A stretch of 64,000 bases of DNA, taken from NCBI GenBank assembly GCA_951406725.2, contig OX597825.1, positions 2,108,001 through 2,172,000 on the forward strand, in the 5' to 3' direction. Under the pieces are notes generated by a model that saw only the letters and a program-made list of their open reading frames with translations, was not told the DNA's origin and made no database searches. Each line of letters starts with the position of its first letter. Position 1 is the stretch's first letter. Origin of the DNA: Octopus vulgaris. Taxonomy: Eukaryota. This document shows positions 51,435 to 64,000 of the stretch, piece after piece. The position numbers and the translations under genes are program-made.

Positions 51435-53055
51435 AATGTTTAGCGCTAATTCTTTGTTTTTACGTTCTGGTTTCAAATTCCACCGAGCTCGGGTGTGCCT
51501 TTTATTTTTTCGGGGTTGATAAAATAAGTACCCTCCGCCAAAATTGTTGGCCAAGTGCCAAACTTTGAAATTATTGTTGTTTCTGCTTTAGATACAAGAC
51601 GGGAATTCTTGGGGCAAGCGCTTGAACAGTTACATCGAGTCCACTAATTGATTTGTACTTAAGATTTTTGAACACCTTGAAGGACGAAAGATTAATTTGA
51701 CATCGCCTGAATTCGAGCCTAGAAGAAAAGGTATCGGATCGAAGCCAGCAAAGCAGTTCCGCATATGTTCTAAAGATTCTACCTATACGCCGCCTTCAAC
51801 GGATATATAATCTTTTGTACTTTAGACTCAAGACTTGAAATTTTGTGGTTGAGGGGAGGAATAGTCGATTATTTTGCCTCCATTATTTGTATGGTATAAA
51901 ATTTCTGAAATTTGGGTTCTACTTGATTCCGTCAACTTCAGTGCGAAGCTGGTGCTTATTTCATCGATCCCGAAACAATGAACGCAAAGTCGACCTTGGC
52001 GGAATATCATTTCAGGACGGGAAGGCGGGCGAAATGCCGCTGAGTATTGTGTTTAGCGTGCAAAATGATTCTGGCAACTCACTGCTTTATCATGGGGTAT
52101 AATGTTTTCGTATACAGGCTCAAGGCCTGATAATTGGGGAGGAAGTGGCAGATCACATCGATCCAAGCACTCGACTCTTACTTATTTTATCGAGTCTGTA
52201 GGGTGAAAAGCAAATTCGACCTAGTTGACTGAGAATATTCTGTCGGTTTCATACACTCGCTGGCTCACTGTCTTTATACTTGGTTGTTAGAACATCTCTA
52301 CGACTCCGCACATAATAAATTCAGAAGGAAAGGGGCTACTGGTTGTCATAGATCTTTCTATCTAATTTCATCGATCGCGAAAGGCGAGGTTAACCTTAGA
52401 GATGTTTGCACTCAAAACACTGCTGCAACAGAATAAAAAAAATACAGTAAAGCATTTTGACCGACAAATTAATAATTCTACCAACTCAACGCCTATATAA
52501 GTTACTAGCAAAAATAAAAATATTGCATTATGTAGCTTGTTATTCTCTTTAAGTGAACGTTTTACTGGTTGAAATATACCGAAAAATGGCGACACAGCAG
52601 TCAAAAAAATCGTAAAAAATAGCGATTTTCATAGAAAAAAAGCACCTTTTTGATGTAAATAATTTTCAGTGTTAACATGGTCCAATATAAATTTTTTCTT
52701 CTATGGAAAGAAGAGCAACCCTTCTTCTATCATACTCTCAATTTTGGTCAACTTGCGCCGCAGCGTCCCGGAGGAGATAGCGTTAGCTGAAGGCTACCAA
52801 ACCTGCCATACACAGACAACTTCAGCTTTATATATAGAGATGTAATGGTTTGTCATTAAAGTAGCGAGCCAGCAATTTTATGGAGACGGTTTAGTTAATT
52901 ATATCGACTCCAGTACTTCTCTGGAACTTTATGCTCTCAAACCGAAGGGGTAATGTTGACCCCAGTAGAATTTAAACGGAGAAATTAAAAGGCCGGGAAG
53001 AAATATGTTAAAGTATTTTAACGACGCTGAAACTGTTTTACTAAGTCGCCGCCTT
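51435..53055. mobile_element. Cluster of about six SINE family B copies
   Basis: Matches to 58264-58481 at 51435-51575 (+), 51590-51796 (-), 51836-52088 (-), 52110-52270 (-), 52370-52492 (-) and 52862-53055 (-). Confidence 0.8.
52505..52840 (-). mobile_element. Non-autonomous Helitron-like element (internally deleted)
   Basis: Minus strand begins TCTCTATATATAAAG at 52840 and ends CTAG at 52505, between A and T with no TSD. The usual 3' subterminal hairpin is not visible. Confidence 0.65.
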
Positions 53056-54687
53056 TACGCTTTCCATAATAAACTCAGAAAAGAAGTGGAATAACACAAG
53101 ATATGCGATGTACATAAATTTGTTCTAAACAAAAAAAGTTAAAGCGAAGATTAATTTTAATTAGCAAATAAAATACTTCACAAATGGGCATATCATATAG
53201 ACAAGTACTTAAAGAAACCTATTTAGAATGAACTTTCAAATGCAAGACGAACGAAATGAAGAGAGTTATTTTCTTAACAATGAAGAGAGTAGAAGAAAAT
53301 CAATGGCGCAGAAACTCATTATATCGTGTGCTATTCGATTTTAATAAGGAATACGATTACACAAAATGAGTTTTGGGTTAGGGTGGGGGGAAAGTCCACG
53401 CGGTTTTTCGAATGGCTAAAATGTTAGCAGAGGTTACATTATGTCCCTGGAATCACACTTTACGATTCTAACAGAAAGAACATAGCGGACACTGTGGCTC
53501 TTGATACACAAAAACATACAGAGAAAGGCCTAGAAGGAAGCAGATGAGTGGAGCATGCCGGGGATTTGTCACCAAATATATAACAACTGCTGTGTTTTAG
53601 TAAATATACTGAATAAAATCGTATATGATTTTATATATCGTAGGCGCAGGCGTGACTTTGTGGTAGGAAGTTTGTTTTGCAATTACATTGTGCCAGGTTC
53701 AGAATTGAAAACGGCAATAGATTTAGGTTTCGGAGAACTGCTGTATACTGTTCCATCGTTTCTCCTTTACAAAGTTTGTTCCATTACCTGTCTATATGCG
53801 CATGTCACACTTCAAAAATTCATTTGGCATTTTTGTCGTATCTGTTAGATAGTTTTTGGCTTATAGTGTGGAAGAAATATATTAATTATAAAAGGAATTT
53901 GGAGTGCATTATATATGACCCCTTTATGAACAGACATTTTACCAAGAATCGAAGCAGGATGTCCGTTGAAAATATTAGAGTCACGACCGTAAACTGATAA
54001 AAATAGAAAGACAATTCAAGTTTGTACATGCCCTCACATCCTGGAAAATTGTAAACAATATATTAGGCAGTATAATTTGAGATATATAAAATCTAACGCA
54101 ACACCACATACGATAAAGTGAAAATAAATAAAAAATCCATACCTTGTGTTAATGCACCAAACAAGAAAGTAGGCAATGCTTCGCTGGGTATAGTTCAAAT
54201 ACTTTACAGATCTAAGTTCTCTAACTCAATGCTGAACACTAGATCCGAAATTTTCAGCATTTGTAAATATATGACTAAGTTCCTATACAAGAATTTGGAA
54301 ATTCCTCCTATATCTCATTAACTTGTACCATAAACTATTCTTCCAGCCTTATAATTTACGGTGCAAGGGAGAGAACTCTTTTTCCCATTTTATTTATTTC
54401 TGATTACTTTTTCGTTTTCCGGGATTTTAACCTTCCACTTCTTGTACATATTTCCTTCACACTTTTTCTCATTTCTTCTCTCATTCAAATTTTAGTCCGT
54501 CATGCCATGTGGGTTGTGCCTGTTAACTATGTCGCGATGCAAGGCGTGTTATGAAACTTTGCTCTTGACATGTTCTCAGCATAAAAACTATTAGTAACAC
54601 AAAACATTTAGCTTGTCTATTAAATGATATCAATCTCTCACTAGATGGGGCTCTTTCTGTGTTGATCTTAACATCACGTAACAGTAC

Positions 54688-54738
<51 letters not shown>

Positions 54739-54810
54739 AGAGAGAGAGAGAGAGAGGTGGAGGAGGTTTGTGTGTGTATATATGTATATATATATATATC
54801 AATCTCTTTC

Positions 54811-54889
<79 letters not shown>

Positions 54890-55862
54890 ATATGTATATA
54901 TACATATATACATACATGCACAATACACACATACGTTGTTTCTGCAACTCTTGAATATAAAACAACATTTGACATTAGCGTGAACTGAAAGTACAATATA
55001 AATGATTGTAAGGAAATATCACAAATTATTTTTGTTAGAAACTCTACCGCCCTGTAATGAATGGGTGAAAACTTCTGTCTTTCATAGAGGAAAGTCACGG
55101 AGAGATCAAGTCCACCGTATTATTTCGCAGCTCGTTCAGATTGTATTCTGAAAGCATACGTAACATGTTTTTCCATTATATTTTTTTCCCTTTTTGTTCC
55201 TCTTTATCTGATTATCATATATTATCTCTACATTCTAGAGCTTCTTAATGGGCTCACAATCTATTCCATATGCTGCCTTTGTTTTTTGTCCTTAGTTTCC
55301 GGTCGAAACAGTTGTGATCTCTTTAAATTTCTGAGACAGATTCGAGGGTGACGTTGGCATTACTTTTAGCAGTGCAAGCGATCACGACCACGTCACACAC
55401 ACACACACACACGCACACACACACACACTTGTGTGTTTGTGAGCGTGTATGTGTGTATGTATATGTATGCCTATGCCAAATTCATTTTATCATTTGAAGC
55501 CTTTTCTCTCTATGTGAAGTTTAATTTTCATTATTCAGTTCAGATTTTTCGTTTACTTTTACACATTTGCGACATTTACATTAGTTCTTGCTTTTATTTC
55601 TAGTCTTTTGTTTATTCTCTTTGCTGTGTATATTGTTTGCTTTTTTCCTCCCGTGTTGCAGACTTTGCAGCTGTATGTAATCTCTAGAATTCATATATTC
55701 TTTCAGCTGCAAACTCGTTTTTGTGAAAGATTTTCTATTATGCAAAATGAACTACTTTGGAATCAAAATATTTCTTATCGTCAGAAATTCATAACTTATT
55801 TCTTAAAAATATCATTTTAGCTGATTTCAGAAATGTACATTTAATTTGTCATATAAAAAATT

Positions 55863-56455
55863 AGCGTGGCTGTGTGGTTAGAAGCTTGGTTCCTTGCGAC
55901 GTGCTTCTGGGTTCCGTCTTACTGCGTGGTAACTTGGGCAAGTCTCGAGTCATCCAAGCTTTAAATATGAATTTGGTAGATAGAAACTGAAAGAAGCCTG
56001 TCATGTATATATTCTTTTACTTGTTTCAGTCATTTGACTGTGGCCATGCCGGAGCACCGCCTTTAGTCGAGCAAATCAACCACAGAACTTATTCTTTGTA
56101 AGCCTACTACTTATTGTATCAGTAACTTTTTGCGAACCGCTAGATTACGGGGACGTAAACACATCACCATCGGTTGTCACGCGATGTTGGGGGGATACAC
56201 ACAGACACACAAACATATACACACACAAATGCATATATATATATATATATATATTCACATATATATATGACGGGCTTCTTTCAGTTTCCGTCTCCCAAAT
56301 CCACTTACAAGGCTTTAGTCGGCCCGAGGCTATAGTAGAAGACACTTGCCCAAAATGCCATGTAGTGGGACTGAACCAGGAACCATGTGTTTGGTAAGCA
56401 AGCAACTTACCACACAGCCACTCCTACTCCTGGCTACTTACCACACAGTCGCTCC

Positions 56456-56491
<36 letters not shown>

Positions 56492-56708
56492 AATATGTAT
56501 GAATATATCTGTGTTTGTCTCCCACCACCGCTTGACCGCCGTGGATGGTGTGTTTCCGTATCATATTTTAGCGGTTCGGCAAAAATGACCGACAGAATAT
56601 GTACTAGGCGTAGAAAAATGTTCTGGTGTACATCTGTTCGACTAAAGCCCTTAAAGGTGATGCTGCAGTCTGGTCGCAATTGGATGACTGAAACAAGTAA
56701 AAGATAAA
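55863..56708. mobile_element. Nested SINE family A: minus-strand full copy (56012-56430) inside a plus-strand copy (55863-56008 and 56508-56708)
   Basis: Plus head ends at the TA linker, a complete inverted copy follows, then the plus 3' half. Confidence 0.8.
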
Positions 56709-56903
56709 AGTCGTTAAAGACGTACATTCTCTCCTTGATGTGGCAGAACTTTTAATCAAAGGAATTTCAGTCGACCGCTCTACATAACTTTGGATTCACG
56801 CAATTACTATTCCATCAATGTTTTTTCCTCGTGAAATGTTATGACGGCGCCCTCCCTTCTCTTTGTAACATACCAAACTTCCACCAATAAACTTATCTCA
56901 TTC

Positions 56904-56945
<42 letters not shown>

Positions 56946-57640
56946 GGATTGGACGTTAGCTGTAAAAATTTCGTTATTTAAATGCGTGTATCTTTGAAAC
57001 AACATGTAATTGTATATTTTTTTTCAAAAATCCTGTACGAATTTAAGTTGCTTACGAATGTTTCTACTTTTCTTGTACCGTGTGGGATTTCGTTGAAATA
57101 GTACTACGATAATTAGGAATGTAGAATATACGAGAAATAAAGTAAATTTTAAGTTTCAAATTTTATTTGAATTTAGGAAGTTTAAATTACTTTTTCAGTG
57201 TCATTCACTATAACAAGAAAAGAATAATTGAGTTTGTGAAATTCTTTATTTTCTGTTTGCTAATTATGAAAGCAGAGTGTATACTTAAAGAATAAAAATA
57301 AGCGTTAAGAGATAATTTCCGCCATTTTTTTATATTCTCTGCGAATGAGAAAGATTCACTTGACACGTATCCTGACAATATTTTCTTCTCGAGTATCATA
57401 AAGAATTCACGACTACAGTCTTGGAAATTAATTAAAACCTTTTTGCAGTATGTGGTTAGAATTTAGATGCTACTATAATTTACTTTCTAATGACGTCTTC
57501 TAAATTCTTCAAAACCATATGCCAATGTCAAAAAGAAAACTAAATATAGGAGAGCTTTCCAAATAATACACCAACCCACATACACACACATACATCAACA
57601 CACGCACGCATAACTTTAATATACATATATACATACATAA

Positions 57641-57700
<60 letters not shown>

Positions 57701-57810
57701 ATATATATATATGTATATATATAGTATATATATCTATCTGTATGTATTTATATATATATACACGAGTGCTTTGACAAACGAGAAAACGTCACGTGTATTC
57801 CATATGTGTG

Positions 57811-57872
<62 letters not shown>

Positions 57873-58263
57873 TGCGTGCGTGTCTGTGTGGTTGTGCTTG
57901 CGCGTAGCTCTGGAGGCATATATGTGTGTGTGTTTGTGTGAATGTGTATGTATAAGCATTACGTATCATTTACCATACATATTGACTGCGGATTCTGCAG
58001 GGATCTATTTACATTAAAAGTATGCCAGATTTTAAAAATAGTTGTATTAAAAATGCTTTCATAATTTGTAAATCGTTAATGTGAACTACGAAACGCTCTT
58101 GGGAATTGATACTTTCAATAAACTGATGAATATTATATCTAAATTAAATAAGCTGTAAAGAATTATACTACTAAGCACATATATGGGAGGCGGTTTATAA
58201 ATTTAGAAAATATACGACGTAGTTCCAACATGCAACGCCCGCCATTATTTTGCAGACGATATA

Positions 58264-58481
58264 AAGCGGTGAGTTGGCAGAATTGCTAGCACCCACTAAG
58301 CATGTTTCTTGGAGGTATTTCGTCCATCTTCATGTTCTGGGTACAAATTCCGCCGCGGTTGAGTTTGTTTTTCATCCTTTTGGGGTCGATAAAATAAGTA
58401 CCAGTTGAGTGCTAGGGTCGATCTGATCGAATTTCTCCCTCCCCAAATTTGAGGCCTTGTGTCTATGGTAGAAATGATTAT
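58264..58481 (+). mobile_element. SINE family B, near full length (~220 bp)
   Basis: A-box-like TGGCAGAATTG and B-box-like GGGTACAAATTCC. Other copies at 20588-20720(-), 28700-28780(-), 36655-36832(-), 47370-47470(+) and 61122-61300(+). Confidence 0.85.
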
Positions 58482-61400
58482 TTGGCAGACCATCGAACCT
58501 GATAAGGACATGATGAATAATTTATTGTAAGCCCCGAAATTTAGCAGAATGTCTGAAAAGGAGTTTAATCTGCATAAGGTAGCCAAATGTATTTAATTTC
58601 AAAATTATGACATAGTAATCTCTTTGTCAGGTACAAGTACAATATATTCGATGAGATTCCACTCAATTTCTACCTATCCAATATCAGTCACAAATTTGGG
58701 TCGCTTCAAGGATATAGCACCAGACAGTTACCCGAAATAACATGTAGTATGATCAATTCTAGAATATTTGATAGTGAAGGGACCACCAGCTGAGAGCGAA
58801 CTTGTTTATAAAGTGTGTGGAAATAAATAGAATTATTGGACGAGGAATTGTAGAAATTATTATAAAGGTGAAATATAAGAATATTTTTGGAAGACATCGG
58901 AAACACACTTCGATGCAATAATGCACAAGTAATTGACAATGACAAAATAGCTTATTGTTTGCTTTTTCGATTGACAAAAACCGACAAATAAATGTTATGG
59001 AATACATATTTAATGTTTCAATATTCCCATTCGAAATACTTAAATCTATCTTCATGATTTTCTTATAAATCTCACACCATTTAATCAAGCGAAACTTGAT
59101 ATGTCAAGAAATTTGTAAGTCATCATTCAAATTACTCAAAATGACACAAAATTATATTTATTTATTAACGGTGCATCTGTACATTGATGATGGAAATTGT
59201 GGAACGTTGAGGCGATGCCCACCGATAACTAAAGCAGATTTTCAATTGAGTGTAAGCAATCAAATGGAAAAGTATTTTATCGAAAACTTGTGCTCGGTTG
59301 AAATTATTAAATCCGAAACGCATTGTGAATTTCTGTAATAAATTATACGTTTTACTTTATTCGCTTCAGTGATATTTTCCATTGGCGGTTGGTTTCAGAG
59401 TTATTCAACTTTAAACGAACAACCCGTGCTATATGTTATGTAATATATATATTACATAGCATGTGCTATATATTATGGTCTTTTTCAATATTCTTATATA
59501 CTAATGTTCACACAGAATAGACAAAAAAAGACTTTTCCGTCACTAAAGAACGCTGACATAGTGTAGGATGGCCGTATAGTTGTTCTCATAGAGATGCTTT
59601 CACCGATCAGATCTTATTACCATATAGTTTACATCATATGCAAAGGAATGTATTACATGATTTCCCAAGACAATCGAGAATTTGCAACAGCCAAGAATCA
59701 AAAGTAACGTCGAACTTTAGTCAGCCGACATACCTATAAAGAGAAACCAACGCAACATATACCATTGTACCACTTTCTTCGCAGATAGAAGAAACCTTAT
59801 TTTTTCCTTTCTGAAAAAGGCAATCTTGGGAAATAGATTTTTGTGATATGTGTTGTTCTAATTTTTCCCCTTCTTGCTGTATTAATAGAATTGCAGTTTG
59901 GAACAAACTAAATGTGAACCATTCCAAGACAAGGCTTGCTAGTTTTGCGACCAACATCGATTCCATATGCAGGCTTGAAACGTTTCATTTAATCACGGAT
60001 ACCAAATAAATTCAATCAAATGGAGAAAAGGATTAATGTTATGCCTTATTACTTGTTACGAAACTACCAACCGCAAAGCATGAATAACAATATAACATAA
60101 TTAAAACTGAAAATTAAAACAAAAAATGACAAATTCTATCTTAAACTAATGTTGACAAAAACTATAGAAAAAATAAATCCATGAAAAGGTAATTCTTCCT
60201 TTTTGTATCATTTTTCAAATCAGGTAAATATTTGTTTCTTTACCTTAGTATTAAAAACCGAGTTTATTTCATTTTTGATGTTGCTGTGGTTTTTTCGATC
60301 TGATCGACGTGACGCACAATCTTAGCGTTTCAACCACAATATAAGTTGCTTTTCATTTTTGTCTTGTATAGAATTTTATAATATTTACTTTTCTAATTAT
60401 AAAACCCAGGTGCCTACAAGCAGTCACTCGCAGCCTGCTAGAGGTAGCAGCTAAACCTTTTTCAAATTGCACAATGCTATAAAACCATAAACCGTATGTT
60501 AACATATTTCTGTTAAAAACACAGTTTTTGTTTCAATTAAATTTTTGAAATAATGAAAACAGGTAAAATATATTTCTCATTTTTAAGATGCATATGACAA
60601 AATATGCGACATGAAATTTTGATGCAAGTTAACACCTTAAAAAAAGGTGAATTCGTTTCACAGAGCATAACGAGACGTTATAAAGAGAGAACAAAATATG
60701 ATTTTAAATGTAGTGAATCTGAAATAAATACACGGTAGCTATGGTTCGATTATGTTTTATCAATAAATTTAGCGGTCTTTATTTGAATATCCTTTAGCGG
60801 TCTTCGAATATGACTATTTTTGTTGCTGATATAGCTTTAGGAAATCTCAAGTAAGCATTCATATGATCGAAGTCATTCTACTCATGGCCATATCATTTGA
60901 TTTCTATACATTATATTGAGAACTGTAGAAATTGTCCTTCAAATTTGTAATATGAACATGAGACTGAGTGAAAGGACGCCTCTTACTTCTTTCAAAGCAG
61001 ACGACCTCACAGAAGAGTTATTGTTTAGGATTTATTTTCTTAAATTTTCTTTTGTTTAGCCTCAGGTCATTAATGAAATAAAAACAACCCATAATAGAAC
61101 TGTATTATTTAATGGGGCCTTAAGGCGTATTTCGGCAGTATTTCGTCAGACGTTCTTATTTTAAATGCCACCAAAGTCGACATTGCCTTTCATTTTTTCG
61201 AGTTCGATAAAATATTTATCAGTTGAATACTAGGGACGATGTCGTCGACTTGCCCACTTTCTCGAAAATTCTGGCTCTGTGCTAAAATTTGAAATAATTA
61301 TTTTATGTTGCCTTCACTTATTGAGTGCGGTAGGGTGTCATTTTAGGAACTTGAAAATATTTGTAGCTGATCGAGTGGCAAGATTTTGGAAACATACCAA

Positions 61401-62192
61401 TTAATAAGCGTGTAATGTAGGAGGTATTGGGGTAAGAGATTAAAATGTATAAGAAAGCTATGAATACATGATTGCATATTTTAAACAACAGACATTCAAA
61501 TGAATCTCTACCGAGAATCACGATTTGTGATGTAAAATATCGCTAATTTTTCTCTAAAATGAGAATACAATTCCAAAAAGTACAGGTATTATTGGACGAA
61601 ATGGTCCTTTATGTAAGGTTCCTAGAATAAATGACAAGGTGGGCACGACTGGAAAGCCTTATAGTTCACACGTCCTGGGGCTAATCTAAAGCAACGTAAT
61701 ATATTCAATAGAGTATAATGTAGTATTCAAGAGAAAATATTTAACAAAAGTTGAAATTTCAAGTTGGTAGGAGGCCATAAGCACGTCACTTCTATTCAGT
61801 AAATATTTTCTACTCTACTAAATCAATCTCCGAACGTTATGTCTTCCACTGTGACCTAATTGGTCTTTGTGGTATTAGGGTGATATTACATGTATCTAAT
61901 TTCACTGCTTCTTCATCTAAAGACTAACATTTTGTATATAACCATTGATAAAAAACAACAACAAGAGCTACGTCCTTGAATAGGTTTGTTAATGTGACAA
62001 TTCTTCATAGCTTCGAGCTAGCTTGGATGTAAAAAGGTTGTAGTTATAACTACTGACTGTGATGGGTAAAACAGCACACACATTATTCTTCGCATTTGTT
62101 TTCAGGGGCATATAAACATACATATGCACATGCGCATATATGAATGTGTGAATATATATATACACACACATATGTATATATACGTATATACG

Positions 62193-62230
<38 letters not shown>

Positions 62231-63629
62231 TATATATATGTTAGTATGTATGTATACACCACTGATCTGATGTTCTTGTAACAATGTGAAAAGGGCAAAG
62301 CGTTACCGTAAAATATCAAACTGAGAGCGACTAGTAGTTATTATATGTCAATAATGAAATTTACGTTTATCAAAGACTGCAATAGCCAAGCAAAGAGTGG
62401 ATTTATTCTGTTCGAGTAGCTTATTATCTATCACAACATAAAGTTCAGCAAAGCAAAATATTCTAGCAAATTTTCTCGATTTATATTTTGCATTCATTGA
62501 CCCAGGAAGCGAGTAAAACTTGTACAAGGCATCAAATGTCAAATGAAAGTAATTTAGTTTTTGTATTTCATTTTTATTTTGTAAATGGGAAATATAACAT
62601 AAACTATCCCTGAAAGAAAAAAATTTCTAAAAAGATTTACCCCCGCCATTAACTATAAAAGTGATGTCTAGAGATATTACATCAAAATATAAGTCATTTC
62701 GAGAAAATAACACGACAAGCGATGCAATGATTTGCGGGTATTGTGTAACTGTAACAAACATACATGAGTTATTCATTATGCAGTGTGTTGTTATGAAAGT
62801 CTTCGCAATCCGAAATTTTTGCTTATAAAAAGAAGAAAGACATATACAAATACACTTCTACCAGTGTGGTAATGAGCGTCAGCTGTGTGTGTGTGCGTGT
62901 GTGCCGATGACGTAAACTTCATACGCAACTTAACGGTGCTCTAGATAACTTCTGAGATAGATTTTAATATATACAAAATGCACCTGGACCAACTACTAGT
63001 TTCGTTTCCATACGAAGCAACACCCGAAGAAGCACATTGTGAGACAAAGACGACACAATCACTCATTTACAAAGAAAAATTAAGTTTTATAGCAGATGTA
63101 CGATTTTCATAGGCGTTGCTCCAGCTTGAGCCCCAGCCCTCGAGCTGTAATACACAAGAACATAACAGAATTAATGAATACACACACACACACACACACA
63201 TATGTGTATATATACACACATACACTCGTGTGTGTGTGTGAGAGAGAGATGGTTGGCCGACAATGTAAAACGTCCCTCTGCCGATTTCTCGATAGAATAT
63301 TTCTCTATTTTGACATCGATTGAAAAGACTAAATGTAGCATATATAAACTAACAGCTGGCCAATATTTTATATTTAATATTTTATTTCGAACTTGCGAAA
63401 CTTCGATCAGCGGAATTACGGGGAGGAGAGCAGAATGTAATATTTGTGGCCTTTCTCTTTGCTTGATTACAATAAGGAGAAACTTGTTATTTCCTGTATG
63501 CTAAGCAATCAAAATTTAAGATCAATGGTTATTTGTACTTTAAACATTGTCTTCAGTCATAATTTGATATTCATTATTATTTACTTGGATATAATGATCA
63601 ACATTACATTTCATTTGTTTCTTTAAAAA

Positions 63630-63900
63630 TCCAGGTAAAAGTGGAAAGGGCAGCAATCATGATATTTTCAGGTGTCTTGGATCCAGTCTGCACAAAATGA
63701 TGCGGTTGATGTTATCTGTAATCGTCTGTAGATGAGTCTCTGCGGGTCAAATGAAGAAGATGAGTGACGTCCTACAAGGACGTATTCTAAAGCGGAAGGA
63801 TGAATTATTGAGTACAGGATGGATGTCTGAGACATGTTCCAGGTGGCAAGAGCAAGAGATGGATTAGTAGTTCAGAGCTGCTTGTTGGCAGCAGAACCCG
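63630..63900 (-). pseudogene. Possible LINE endonuclease N-terminal remnant
   Basis: LATWNM, followed in another frame by AETHL. Confidence 0.3.
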
Positions 63901-64000
63901 TGTTAATAACAATAAGTAGAATGTAAATTTGAAGTCTGTTTATGAATGAACATTTTGGCGAAATTTCCATCTAGTTTACATTTTTTGATCAACTTTTTCT

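Noticed and set aside
59437-59466. ~30-bp near-palindrome centred on a TA run
   Set aside because: Largely explained by self-complementary TA repeats and AT richness.
58500-60050. Possible decayed DNA transposase on the minus strand (KYFSI-like fragment)
   Set aside because: Motifs too few and too degenerate to support a call by eye.
61124-61155. Minus-strand CTGACGA..GAAA
   Set aside because: No stem II; the sequence is part of a diverged SINE B head.

Overview
AT-rich, microsatellite-saturated eukaryotic DNA, intronic or intergenic in character. The repeat content is typical of an Octopus (coleoid cephalopod) genome; this assignment is inferred from recognising repeat families, not from a search. 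Almost all ORFs in the supplied track are microsatellite artefacts. The window holds many copies of at least three SINE families, a non-autonomous Helitron, and decayed transposon coding fossils: a Chapaev/CMC-like DDE transposase at 11.3-12.1 kb, a LINE ORF1 with a CCHC knuckle at 49-50 kb, and weaker RTE, Gypsy, hAT and mariner remnants. There are also one to three isolated candidate host exons, the best at 39331-39532 (minus strand). The most notable signal is a set of short non-coding elements carrying type I hammerhead ribozyme (HHR) motifs with palindromic stem III. One is intact (871-939), inside a 352-bp tandem unit with a Penelope-style inverted duplication; variant or degenerate ones lie at about 9.96, 14.45, 43.9 and 44.05 kb. 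Most sit in (TA)n/(CA)n tracts, twice within the microsatellite linker of a SINE. All alignments and folds were done by eye.
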